Below, in pieces: positions 25,906 through 38,593 of a stretch of 64,000 nt of DNA. The notes beneath the pieces were generated by a model. That model worked only from the letters and a program-made list of their open reading frames with translations. It was not told the DNA's origin and did not search any database. The DNA is from Octopus bimaculoides. Its lineage: Eukaryota. Within the stretch, counting starts at the first letter, position 1. Every line of letters begins with the position of its first letter. A program made the position numbers and the translations under genes. Location of the stretch: NCBI RefSeq assembly GCF_001194135.2, contig NC_068986.1, positions 24,168,059-24,232,058 on the forward strand. Reading direction: 5' to 3'.

Positions 25906-26734
25906 AATTTAGTCTCTGGTATACAAATGTTTAGAATCGTAACGAATAAAAATTTCATTGATAAAAATAGAACATGATCAGTGTTTATTCGAGATGCAAA
26001 TCAACCGAAAGAACAATAATCAGAGAAAATAGAATTCTCAACACATCATTTCTTCGCAAATTTGTGACTTTGCAAGTATCATAGCAATTAACATATTTTA
26101 AATTGACATATGTTTTCCTCAAAAGGCTACAGAAAAATCTATTTGTAACAACCTTCAAATATTTGCACCATTTATCATTTTTTCTATTTTTTTTTTCTAT
26201 AACAACACTCAAAATGATTTTCAGAAAAATTTAAATGGTTTAAAGTTCCGTAATTTGTATTCATGAAATTTTATCTACTTCAGTTCATGAACACGGGACA
26301 CCAAAAAACACGTATCATAATGAGAGTTTATTCCTGTAACACACGCACATGAACAAACACGAGCGTACACACATATAGAAATGTTGTATACATACATGCA
26401 ACACATACACACATTCATACAAATACACACACGTATATACACAAACACACAAACACTCATGCACACATACACAAACACACATATATACGCACATTCGCAC
26501 ACACGTATGTGTATTGAGTTATATGGTTCGTGCGAATATTTTTATAGAGATAGTAACAGAGATACCAAAATGCTAAGTAATTCGATATTCAGACGAAATA
26601 ACAATCGAATTTATCCAAAATTTTCCAATGCTATCGAGTATCGATCTAGAATACACTTCGACAGGGTGATTTTTAAAGTTTATTTTTTCTGTGTTTCAAC
26701 ATTAGTGCTCCTTAAAGTGAGCTGTATTTTCCAG

Positions 26735-26801
26735 GAAGGCTGGAGAAAAATATATACGGACATTTTAGAGTCAGTGATCTGTTGGGACCGTGTGGCAACT
26801 G
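26735..26801 (+). other. Candidate 67-nt internal exon (unverified)
   Basis: Acceptor TGTATTTTCCAG|G and donor CTG|GTATGT. Two frames are open (EGWRKIYTDILESVICWDRVAT; RLEKNIYGHFRVSDLLGPCGN). No recognised homology. Confidence 0.2.
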
Positions 26802-27659
26802 GTATGTTATATAGGTTTTTAATTTTTTCTACTTAATTAGTAACATTTAAATGTAATAGTACAATCTCATCAAAAACGAGAGCAACAATAGCAAAGCGCA
26901 CAACTAATTTTAGGAGTATAAAATTAAATTTCAACTAGTTGCTGCATGGAAGATATACAAAACACAAAGAATACATGCCTGATTTTGACCAAAGTCATCA
27001 TTCTACGCGCGTTAGCGAAATCAGGGTATTGTAACCAGACGACTTTGTTTGTCTGTGTGTTTGCAAGGTTACTGGAAAACGGATGAACGGATTTTCACAT
27101 TTGGCAGGAATACTCATTAGGTGACTCGAAATGATGAATGTTTGGTTTGATTATCTTTAAAAGAATTTTTTTTTAATCGAACTTACAAATTTCCTGATGA
27201 GCATGTGGTCATGTTTTTTGTTCACTTTTATTTTTCATATGAATCTACCGTCGTCTGCGTGTGTATAGATCATGGTGCACCTATGCGCGTCGGCACGGGT
27301 GGGTACATACATACATGCATAAATACATACATAGGTATGCCACTGTGTGTATGTGTGTGTGTGTGCGTGTGCGTGTGTACGCTGACGGATGAGAGAGTTT
27401 CGTTTCTCTACGAGTTGATTTCTTAATTTCATCGGAGTAAATATAGTTTCAAGCACAAAAGCGAATAAGAATGCTTAATGTCCCTTAATTGCTCAGACTT
27501 ATGATAAATCATTTTGCAGTCTACGTGACCGCTCGATGTCTTTTCAGCATTTTGTCGGAAAATTTTTTTATTATACTTGTCTGTCTGTTATTTTATACGA
27601 CGTCATTATGTAAGCTAGTGAGCCAGCAGAATAATTAACTCGTCATATAGAATATTTCA

Positions 27660-27800
27660 AGGATTTTCTTTCGGCTTTACTTTCAGAATTCCTATCCACC
27701 GAGGTCGATTCTGACTTTCATGGTTTCGGACTCGTTCTTAACTAGAGTTGATATAATCAACCAAATTTCAGGCCTTGTGCCTATAGCAGAGAGGAAAACA
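27660..27800 (+). mobile_element. Degenerate SINE family A
   Basis: CCACCGAGGTCGATTCTGACTTTCATGGTTTCGG...AAATTTCAGGCCTTGTGCCTATAGCAGA. Confidence 0.6.
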
Positions 27801-29932
27801 ATATCACTATTGTGCAATTTGCGATAATTAGTTCCTAAACCATGCAGAGTTTGCGATGATATGGAAGTTTCTTCGTTGGATTCAATGCCACCATTTTATT
27901 TATTTATTTTTTTCCAGCAACTGAGATTCAGAGAAATAGATGCAATATCCTTCTATTTTGAAGAGATTAAAAAAAAAAACATTCATTCGAACTTGCTTCA
28001 GGCGCATAATAGTTTTTCCAGACTATTTATAAATACTATTGCATCGCCATTTTCTTTTTTTACAATGATAAAATTTAATTAAAATACATCTATTCGAAAG
28101 TTTAAAGAAACTCCAGTTAGACCCCCAAAAACTGGTATAACAATAACATTTCCTACCTTCCCGTCTGGTTATCTTCGAGATTATGATTGATGGAGACGGA
28201 TATGAACTCTATATTGTCTGCCCTTGTCTCAGGCATCCACATTTTGATTTGAACTTACAATACAACAGAATATTGTAATTGGTTTCCTTAATACAGCGTT
28301 GATTAACAGTTTTTGAAATAGAATAACTGCATTTATTTCGTAAATTTACATTAAAATGGAATTATTATTTCGATTTACGCATTACGTTATTCATTATTTT
28401 CTTATCGTTTGATTTCTATTTTTATTTAGTCTAGTTTCTTTCTTTCCCAGATAATTGTATTCACTTAAATGATGCAGTAATATCGGTTGTTTCAGACTGA
28501 ATAAATTTGCAAAGAACGATTTAATGGTATGAGAATTACGTTCCGATTAAATAAAATCTCAAAAAGAAAATATATTTTTTTTACTATTTATATATAATTG
28601 ACAGCTGCTTTGTCTCGTTAAGTATAAATAAATATCAAGATTACTGAGTTATGATGAATTGGTTAATTGATTTTAAAAATGTTGTGAGCTTCCTTTACCA
28701 ATTCATATTTTCATATAACAACGTTGATGGATTAAATTTAGCAAAAAAAGAATTATTGCATAGTTAAAGCATTTTATAACCCCCAACTCACTATCGATTA
28801 TTATATAATAGCAGATTGCTAATAGCTTTAGATGTCATTCTGGATTTCTTTAGAGTTGAATGACCTAAAACTGTATTGTTTTATCGTTCGTAAGAGAAAA
28901 TAATGTTCAATGTTCAATATTCTACTTATTAATACTTACTCGCGGTAAACTCAACAAAATCAATTCTAAATGGATACTTGTTGGTTACAGATATCTGAAA
29001 CGTAACATAATATTCAATTCTTAGTTTCAGATCGAACCATGAACTTTGCCTCAAATGTATATGTGCATTAGGATCAATAACTGAAATACTTTCTATTTAT
29101 CTTTACTACATAGTAATGGTCTGCAACATGCTGCTATTTACTCTAAGGAACAATTTTGCATCGTATATTAAGCTGATAATACGAACCAACTGATAGAAAT
29201 GAATTATGCAAATGTTCATAATTTACATGCATTAATTCCAAAGACGTATGTGGCAGGTAAATTTGCTAGAAGAAACAGCTAAATTTCATTCAAAACACCA
29301 ATTACTAAATCAAATATAGATTACATTGGTCAATGCAATTCTACGTATGCCATCTAAATTAAAACATGCCATGGAAACATTTGACAGCAAGATGCAGCTG
29401 GAAATTAGTTACTTTGAAAGAGTCCAGCAGAATACAAACTTAGCAAATTCACTAGTGTTGAAATAGTTAATTTTGATAACGAAAACAATATGGTACTAAA
29501 ACAATATTTAATAGCACTTTAAACTGAATATGATATTACATAATCTTTGAAATATCCGTTCTACCTGAATTAATATGGTCTTTTATTGCTATGAAATATC
29601 CAGTTGTAAATGGAAGAAAAAACTTTCATAATAATGTCGCCAGTGTATTTCATAGAATGTTTTTGCAGCAATTCCATTTTCGGAATCGAGATCAGATCAG
29701 GTATCAAGGTTTGAATTGGGAGGCTTACTGCGGAAGCACTTGCTTCAATTTTGATGTAATGATCAATTATGTAGTACAATGATCAGCGATGTGATTTAGT
29801 GCTCGTTACCAGTGAGCTGCAGTCTCGCTGTACGTTTGTACCGTACACTTCGAGTTACTAATGCCTTTGAGAGTGACTTGATTTTGTACTAAATATATAT
29901 CATATATATATACGCAGATTTGGATCACGAGT

Positions 29933-30002
<70 letters not shown>

Positions 30003-30027
30003 CGGCAGCAGCAATAGTAGTAGTAGC

Positions 30028-30065
<38 letters not shown>

Positions 30066-30089
30066 CGGCAGCAGCAGCAACAGCAGCAA

Positions 30090-30147
<58 letters not shown>

Positions 30148-30148
30148 C
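29933..30148. repeat. Compound (GTA)n/(GCA)n microsatellite
   Basis: Read directly; source of the poly-S, poly-T and poly-Y ORFs. Confidence 0.95.
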
Positions 30149-30681
30149 ATAGTATGGGTGCATGCACTGTAACTACGTCGCTGCAGCCACCTTTAATTAG
30201 TGTCTGTTTACTCTTGATGGATGACACCGTTGCACCACTCAGGAGTATTTGAGTTTTACGAGATTGGTTTGCAAATTCTACGTTAACCTTTCCAGGTTGT
30301 TTTTCTTCTTTTTTTTTATTTTGTCGTCCTTTTTGATGCTCATAGAAAGCGTTGGATTTATTCTTTGGACACTCAGCACATAAAAAATGATATAGAAATT
30401 ACCCATCTGAGAGTATCCTTCACGTAGGCCGTTTGTATTTCTCAGTTGATTTTTATGTCTATTATATACTACTAAAAATGCTTCCACCGTCAGTCTTCTA
30501 GCTTTTTGTTTTATGTTGTGGAATTCCATACTGAATTTTGCTCTTAGACAAATTTTTATTGATTTTAATATTGTTTCATTTTCTGTGTTACAACATACAG
30601 TAATGGCTCTTTGTAATTTAATGGCAAACTAAGAATACAATGTTTTACCTTTGTGCCAGATGTAACATGTTAGATCATGCA

Positions 30682-30790
30682 CTTAAGGACAAACCTTTTT
30701 CCGAAGGTACGGATCCATTTGGCCGACTTCCCTTACCTACATTGGCGCTATCGATGAGAGGGAGGTTGTACACCTTGTACACCTTGCAGT
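30682..30790 (-). pseudogene. Decayed 28S (LSU) rRNA fragment
   Basis: CCTTTTTCCGAAGGTACGGATCCATTTGGCCGACTTCCCTTACCTACATTG is close to the reverse complement of the conserved eukaryotic LSU segment CAATGTAGGTAAGGGAAGTCGGCAAxxxGGATCCGTAACTTCGGGAxAAGG. GCCGACTTCCCTTACCTACATTG (30722-30744) matches exactly from recall. Confidence 0.85.
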
Positions 30791-31860
30791 AAACAAATAT
30801 GAGAAATGCAGGAATATAAAAGCCCCACGTAGTTATGTCTTCCATATAACATGTTAGAAAAAAAACTTATGAAATACGTATAGTGATATGTTTCGTTTGT
30901 GTATGCTCCTATATGTGGGTGTTTATGGGTATGTCTGTGTGCATTCGAATTACGTGGGTTACCGAACAGTTTCCATCTGGTGAATTTCATTTACCAATTG
31001 ACGAGAGTTTACGGTAGAAGATATTTGCTTAAATACAGCACAGGGGAATTGAAAAATAAAATTACATGGCTTTCTTACTACAGTACCGTTTCTGTTGGCA
31101 TGTGTATTGTTGTCTGTACGTTCATTTAATAATCATTCTTTTGTTTTTAAATTACTTCCCACTTTCAAGCCAGAGAACTTTAAATTCCTTAACATTGTAT
31201 AGTGAGAGTATAATTAAGAGTCTGTACCGTTAGTTTATTATTCATAATTTAATACAATTCCTACTTTACATATGCATCAACTTCTGTAAATATTTTGCTT
31301 TATCCTCAAGAGAATATGAAAAACAAAACGCCGTAGAAAGTTTGTAAATTTTACATCAGTTATTTAACGTTTAGACATAATTTAGATACAACTACAATTC
31401 AAGTTATATTTCAGCCATTAATTATTAATTTAGTTAATGTAGTAATCGGTAAAAATAGTTACTCAATTTTGCAAAAGTAATGTGTATTTCCCATATACAG
31501 CATTCTATTTTTAAAGCTATACGTTCTTACAACCTATTGTTTGCTACTTAAACGAATAAGCCGTCCGTTCTATTCTGTGATGTAATGAAACTTAGTTCAC
31601 AGCTGAATATAATGATTAACCTTTTATAGGGAAGGGATGTAAGCACTAGTTCAAGAAGGAAATTTGCTCGGAGTTACAAACCCAAGTCCAAAACGTCTTT
31701 ACGAACACAGTCTTACCGTTTTTTAAAAATTATTTCTATTTTTGTTCTTTGTTTTTAAGGAGAAACCTAGCTTCAAGCTACTTTTTACAGATCAATTTTT
31801 ACGCACTGTTTCTAAACCTCAGAAAAATAAGAAACTTATAAAACTTAGATAACTTACATT

Positions 31861-32670
31861 GGTTTCGGCCATTATCGGCCCAGGCCATGACTAACTCAAT
31901 AGCACCACCTGGAAAAGTATTTTAGTTAATTATTTCGGGACACCATGGACCATTCGAGCAGAGAGTTGTTGTTGGTTGAGACATATCTAGGTGTAGGTGG
32001 GTTATCCGGTATTTCCTGGAGGAATTTGTCCAGGTACCATTTGAAAGGTGTGGGGTCTTTTTCTACTTTAATTTCTTTTGGGATAACATTGAAATGAGCA
32101 GGACCATTTGCAGTGATGAGATTGTGTCGCAATGTTCTTAGGTGATGTGATTTCGACCTTTGTAGGGGACGCCTTGCACGGGGGCCTGGTCGTGGGTGAA
32201 TTGTAACCATAATACCGATATCATCTGGATAATATTGATGGAATATTTTCCACATGATGTAATTAATGTATCACTCACGGTGGTGTTGCAGAGAATAGTT
32301 TCAGCTGTTTAAGTCGAGCCCTATAATCAAGTCCCGTCATATCATTTATTTTTTTAGTGATTGATATGCTCACTTAATGACTTTCTTAAGCTTAGCGTCA
32401 TCTGCAAACATTTTAATGGTGCTATATTCAATGGAATCTGCACTGTCATTGATATAGACAATAAAAAAGAAGTGGACCCAGCACAGTACCCTGCGAGACT
32501 CCGCTGATGGCTTTTGCTGGTTTTAAGTGGATGCCATCCACCACAACATGTTGGGTCCTGTTTGTTAAGAAATACTTAATCTATTGAAATAGCTTTCCAC
32601 CAACTCCAGCGTTGGATAGATTCCTTAACAGCATATTGTGGGATACAAGTAGGGATGCAAATTTTGATTT
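31861..32670 (-). mobile_element. 5'-truncated CR1/L2-group LINE with internal deletion
   Basis: Minus strand: LLRNLSNAGVGGKL...FLTNRTQHVVVDG...SGVSQGTVLGPLLF...YIND...KMFADD (RT domains 4-5), jumping to ..GLDYRARLKQLKLFSLQ..MWKIFHQ...GPAHFNVIPKEIK...FKWYLDKFLQEIPDNP (C-terminus; ORF 31926-32255). Confidence 0.9.
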
Positions 32671-34348
32671 TGCAGTGTTCAAACATTTTAGGAGGTGCGC
32701 CTGCAACTCCTGTCCTCGGACACATGGACGTAAACGAAGAAAATACTTTCAGTGACTAGAATTAGTTTCAAAGAACAGTCAAAGCAAGTTTCTTTATTTC
32801 TGCCTTGAGAAATACATTAAATCCCCGATCACATATAGTATTTTCGGTTAAAATATAGAGTAGGTTTTGGTACAGTAAAATGAATCCAGTATCACGAAGC
32901 TGTCGTCAGTGTTATAGGCAAGTAGGAATATGTTTAATGAAACATGTCTAGGCCTTGGTTTCGATCACATGCTGGAAGGACTTTGATGACTCTAATGTTA
33001 TTTGTAAAAGCTTATATATTACAGTGAATTATTTAACCTACAAAAATGGAAGTACAATGCCTCAACTATTCAAACTGTCTGTTCATAATGATCGCTTAAT
33101 AATACATAATGAGAACTTTTGTACTGAAAAGTTACTGAGTTTGTGTAAGTGTTTTTGCCTTTTTCTTCAATCTAACTAATATCAACAACGTCAGCTGGCA
33201 TCAACCGAAAATCGAAAACACTTTACGTTCCTCGCCTCTTACTAAATATTCTGCAGATAAGAAATCAAGCTGCTTTACTGAGTACAGTGAACATATTTGC
33301 TTATACTTTTCAGTGAGTGTATTTCATACCATTACATGAAATACAACTTTAAATTCAGCGAATTTGAAATGCAGCTTAGTTTTTTTTTTTTTTTTTTTAC
33401 TTCTGATCATGAAAGAGGTTTCAGAAATCCGATTATAGTTTAAACTAAACCAAAGTTAAATCAGCGTAATAAATCTCCAATAATATTCTAAAATAATACC
33501 ATACGATATTTTTTTATATGTAATGATAGGTATATTTTATTAGACAAATCTGATATTGTTGTAGATGTCAGTGGTTGTTATTTGGCATTTGAGCAAGTGA
33601 CTTTAAAATGACAAGCGTATTTACGAACGTATGGNNNNNNNNNNNNNNNNNNNNNNNNNNNNNNNNNNNNNNNNNNNNNNNNNNNNNNNNNNNNNNNNNN
33701 NNNNNNNNNNNNNNNNNNNNNNNNNNNNNNNNNNNNNNNNNNNNNNNNNNNNNNNNNNNNNNNNNNNNNNNNNNNNNNNNNNNNNNNNNNNNNNNNNNNN
33801 NNNNNNNNNNNNNNNNNNNNNNNNNNNNNNNNNNNNNNNNNNNNNNNNNNNNNNNTATATATATATGAATATACATATATGAATGAAAAAATATACGTTG
33901 GTATATATGTATATCTATCTATGCATATATATATATATGTTTTATGTGTGTACGTGTGTGCGCGCGTATGTGTATATGTGTGTATATGCGTGTATGAATG
34001 TATGTATGTATACATTCAATCCATATGAATAAGTACTCTTTTATAGCTAAAATGACGTATAATTTTTCTGCTTTTCTTAATGTCTTAATATTCCTAAAAG
34101 TTTTTAGCTCATATTTTCTTTCTTTTTTATATTTCAACTAAAAATAATATGCATATATCTACGAACCGTGTTAAAATAAATCTGGTTGTTAGTGGGATCG
34201 ATAAAATAATTACGCCTCTGGTAAGCTGGTCGATGTTACCATTTATGTTTCGAAGTCTAAAAACTAGAAATAACATAAAACAACACAATCCATAAAATCT
34301 AAAATAAATCCCATACAAGATAGACGTTTTTTTATATGATATGAATAC

Positions 34349-34399
<51 letters not shown>

Positions 34400-34830
34400 A
34401 TATACTTTATTCAGTAAATTCAATGCAACTAATCCACCACTGTAAAACCAAAGCGAATAAAAAAAAATCGATTACACATGTGACAAAGAATGCATGGTAA
34501 ACTTCACGAAATATTTTCCCAGACGGCATTTAGATAGGTTCCATCCACTTAAACTCAAAGAGAGTAATGTTCTAAATGGTTTGATTCAAGTAGAATTTCA
34601 CTGCGTATCAGTCACGCTTCACTAAAAGATAGCCCAAGAGAGCAGACAGAGTAGCTAAATCAAATCTATTAACAGACTAGTACAGCAATTGTTTTCTGTT
34701 GTCTACATCTATGAAATAAACAGCCTAATTATACACATATTTCTGACTTTCTCATACAAAAGGATAAAAACAGCTAGAAGAAGTTTTGTTCTACTTCAAA
34801 GAACACGACTGAAAAACTTTCTTTATATGA

Positions 34831-34881
34831 TGCACGAAGTTACAAATTGCACGAAGTTACAGATTGCACGAAGTTACAGAT
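34831..34881. repeat. 17-bp minisatellite x3 (TGCACGAAGTTACA[A/G]AT)
   Basis: Units at 34831, 34848 and 34865. Confidence 0.95.
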
Positions 34882-36784
34882 TAAAGAACAGTTGTACCAT
34901 ATGGTCTTTATAATATATAGTTCCCATAAAATTGCTTTCTTAATCTAACATATTAATTCATATCATTAGGCAATAAACTCGGTTTTCAACTAGGACTATG
35001 GATATATGTACATATTCGCGTATATACGTGTGTGTGTGTGTGTATGTATGTCTGTGTGTGTGTGCCTGCGTACGAGCATGCGTGTATGTTTGCAAATATA
35101 CGTGTACATATGTGTACGTATGGGGGGTTCCATATATGTGATGCGTGTGTGTGATTGCATATCTTTTATGAAACTGCTAAAAGTGAATTCATTGCAATTT
35201 AAGTCTAAGTACTCAATACAATAAATAGAGTGAAGGAAGAAACTCGTTAAACACATCTTCATAAACAAAAAGGTATAATTCCGTGTATGTATGTGCGTAA
35301 CTAAATGTGTGTGTGTGTGTATGTGTGTGTGTACGCGTGCCCAATGAGTTGGTATTTCTGTAAACTTATATATAAGTACATAGATATAATTAGCGGGTTA
35401 TGGATCAACCTATTTGTAATGGGCAATCTCAACTGCCTAAAAGATGGCTAATCTTATGCTCTATTGATCCCGCATTATATTTATGGCTAAAAATACTTAA
35501 CTTTCCAAGGTTCGGTACACAAGTGTGTAAGTAGAGACAGCTCAATTCTACGTCACTACAATACTGTAAAACGGATGACTGTGTAGACTCTGTCTTCTAA
35601 ACTAGAAACATTTTCATTGATTTCAGTGTCAGAAGTCACCAAGAGAAACAATAAAATCCTAATTAATATCACGACTGTGTAATCATCAATTGTCTCGAAT
35701 TCCAGTCCTTAGTTTGATTTTACCGAAATAGAGATTTATGGTCTAAAGCAGTTTATGTTGTAATATGTAGTTTAAATGGAAAGCAATCGCAGTCGTTATG
35801 AGGCTTGCATTGGTTATTTCAATTTCTTGCAGATGTGGAAGCCTCTACGTCGTGACACGGACTACTGTAACAAATAACCTAATCTACACCAAATCTTAGC
35901 TAACTGCGTTAAAATGAACAAAATGTGCATGAATAGTGTTCAGCTTCGGACAACATGACTGGAAAATAAAATGAGTAGGCCATATTTGGATTCTCCTTGC
36001 CCATTGAGATACTCGGCGATAAATGCTAGTAGACAGGGGCTAATTGACTTTGTCTTGCTTAGACTGTTGGAGTGTACTATGATGTATTCATATGGTATAT
36101 ATGAGTTATTATATAGTGCATAACAAGATGAATGATTATGGCATTCACTGGCATAAATATAGCAAAACTAACATGCGTAACACGATCACCGGGACATATC
36201 GATCTAAATACAAAGACACGCGCACACTCAAACACGTACTTACACACACGTATACACACACGCAAACACACACGCAAACACACTCACACATGTATATATA
36301 TANNNNNNNNNNNNNNNNNNNNNNNNNNNNNNNNNNNNNNNNNNNNNNNNNNNNNNNNNNNNNNNNNNNNNNNNNNNNNNNNNNNNNNNNNNNNNNNNNN
36401 NNNNNNNNNNNNNNNNNNNNNNNNNNNNNNNNNNNNNNNNNNNNNNNNNNNNNNNNNNNNNNNNNNNNNNNNNNNNNNNNNNNNNNNNNNNNNNNNNNNN
36501 NNNNNNNNNNNNNNNNNNNNNNNNNNNNNNNNNNNNNNNNNNNNNNNNNNNNNNNNNNNNNNNNNNNNNNNNNNNNNNNNNNNNNNNNNNNNNNNNNNNN
36601 NNNNNNNNNNNNNNNNNNNNNNNNNNNNNNNNNNNNNNNNNNNNNNNNNNNNNNNNNNNNNNNNNNNNNNNNNNNNNNNNNNNNNNNNNNNNNNNNNNNN
36701 NNNNNNNNNNNNNNNNNNNNNNNNNNNNNNNNNNNNNNNNNNNNNNNNNNNNNNNNNNNNNNNNNNNNNNNNNNNNNNNNNNNN

Positions 36785-36814
36785 TATTATTATTATTATT
36801 ATTATATAATTATT

Positions 36815-36900
<86 letters not shown>
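36785..36900. repeat. (TTA)n microsatellite
   Basis: Read directly; abuts the 3' end of the minus-strand RLE LINE. Confidence 0.95.
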
Positions 36901-36902
<2 letters not shown>

Positions 36903-37238
36903 TTTCGTACACAGTGTAGGTAAAAATGCAACCGAGTCTAGTCATCTGTCAAGTCACAACAAGGATCTCAGACAGATAATACTTTGCTTAAGATATGCGC
37001 TGTGCCCAATAAGGCTGCTTTTTGCAAGACTTCAATCTTGCATGGGGTTTCCAGTTGCCTTAAGAAGTTTTGAAGCTTCAATGGGATTGCGCCCAACGTT
37101 CCGATTACCACTGGTCTCACTTTTACATTTCCCTCTTGCATTCCATACAGTCTTACCATTTCCACTTTCAATTCGGAGTACTTGGTTATTTTTTTCGAGC
37201 TCTTTACTCACAACATTCATGTCATCTGGTATGACTAC
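36901..37238 (-). mobile_element. R4/Dong-type non-LTR retrotransposon 3' fragment (RLE domain), family 1
   Basis: VVIPDDMNVVSKELEK/..KVEMVRLYGM..VKVRPVVIGTLGAIP..LQKAALLGTAHILSKVL, the typical RLE C-terminus. (TAA)n lies on both sides. Confidence 0.88.
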
Positions 37239-37265
37239 ATTATTATTACTATTATTATTATTATT

Positions 37266-38460
37266 GAGTGAGACAGCAGTCCATGTCATCCCACATTTAT
37301 CTTCACGGCCACTCCGATCATCCACATCATCTTATTTGGTCAAATCCGAAATCCCAATATTTGAGGATAAAATGGATTTGTACTGACATAGGGGATTACC
37401 GGAAACATGCAAATGCTTTTGTATATCATTATGTCAAACGCGGTTACAGTGAATGACGAATAAAGGAAATAGCAAATGAAATAGCTACGATTAGTAAAGA
37501 TAGTCAAACCTTCACGCATAATTTTAGCAAACACAATACAATTGATGACAGATTTCATTTAGTGATTAACTGGCATTTCAAAAGTGTTGCATGAAAGTTA
37601 CCAGCATGTGGCGAAAAGATATCCTCGTTTCAAACAGATATTTCGTCAGCTGCCTATTGTAGCCTTTAAACGGTATAAGAATATAAGAGAATTATTGACC
37701 TCTATTTCTGACTCAAAGAAAACGAACATTGACGTATCTGCACGATGTACCTTAAAGAACAGCCGCATGAGAGGTAAGCCCTGTTCATTGTGCAACAACA
37801 TGAGTGAAGTGAATTCCACCAGAAATCATAACAGAAATGTTATGATTTATACAGAAAGTGGAACATGTAAAGATTCTCATTTAGTGTACGCTGCAGAAAG
37901 CACGAAACACAACTTAATTTATGTTGGTTGTACAACAGAACAATTAAATAAAAGGTTTAATGGGCACAGATCTACGTCAGTAGTTCAACAGAACTTGCTG
38001 AACATTTCGTTTCAAGTGGCTGCAATTTTGAAGAGGACTTGAAAATGCATATTCTGAAAAAATATTCTGAAACTGCTTCACTTTCACTTCTCAGAATGTA
38101 TGGAAAAATATGTTTGCGGGTTATTAACATCAGGCCCTGGAGGAATGAGTAAGAGGACAGGAGAATATCATCGAATTTATAAAAAATTGCTTGATTAAAT
38201 ATTCTTCTTTCTCTCTTTTTTCTTTCCTCTTGTTTTCTGTCGTCTTCTTTTTTCTGTTTTTTTCAGTCTTTTTCTTTTCGCCTGTTATAAAATTGTAACT
38301 TAAAAACTGATGATGTCATTCCATCGACTAATGGACGCTGGTTGCTCTCGTTCATACTTTACGTTTAAATTTCTGTAATTTTGAATGTTGATCACTTCTT
38401 ATTTTGAACTTGACATAGACAGACTCACTGTTGAAATATCGTTCAACCAATAAGATACCT
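37266..38460 (+). mobile_element. 5'-truncated Penelope-like element: RT C-terminus, GIY-YIG endonuclease and pLTR-like tail
   Basis: HIYLHGHSDHPHHLIWSNPKSQYLRIKWICTD...YVKRGYSE, then LPIVAFKRYKNIRELL, then CSLC..GTCKDSHLVYAAESTKHNLIYVGCTTEQLNKRFNGHR. A pyrimidine-rich 3' region and a decayed hammerhead (38404-38446) follow. Confidence 0.9.
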
Positions 38461-38497
38461 TACAATAGAATCGCGCTCCTTGTCTTGAATGATTCCA

Positions 38498-38547
<50 letters not shown>

Positions 38548-38593
38548 GTTCGCCTGTAAAGCGCGTTCACTGGCTCAATGTTCGTTGGGTATG

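Noticed and set aside
29804-29890. Possible 79-nt minus-strand exon (QNQVTLKGISNSKCTVQTYSETAAH)
   Set aside because: Weak acceptor next to (TA)n, and its phase does not join the 42.5-kb candidate without a stop.
29806-30252. Poly-Ser, poly-Thr and poly-Tyr ORFs; likewise poly-Arg/Phe at 46644-46961 and poly-Asn/Ile at 36284, 47687, 58826 and 62741
   Set aside because: Trinucleotide microsatellites, open in several frames by construction.
34834-34878. ACGAAGTTA resembles a loxP arm
   Set aside because: Direct tandem copies, with no inverted 13-bp arms or 8-bp spacer; coincidental.
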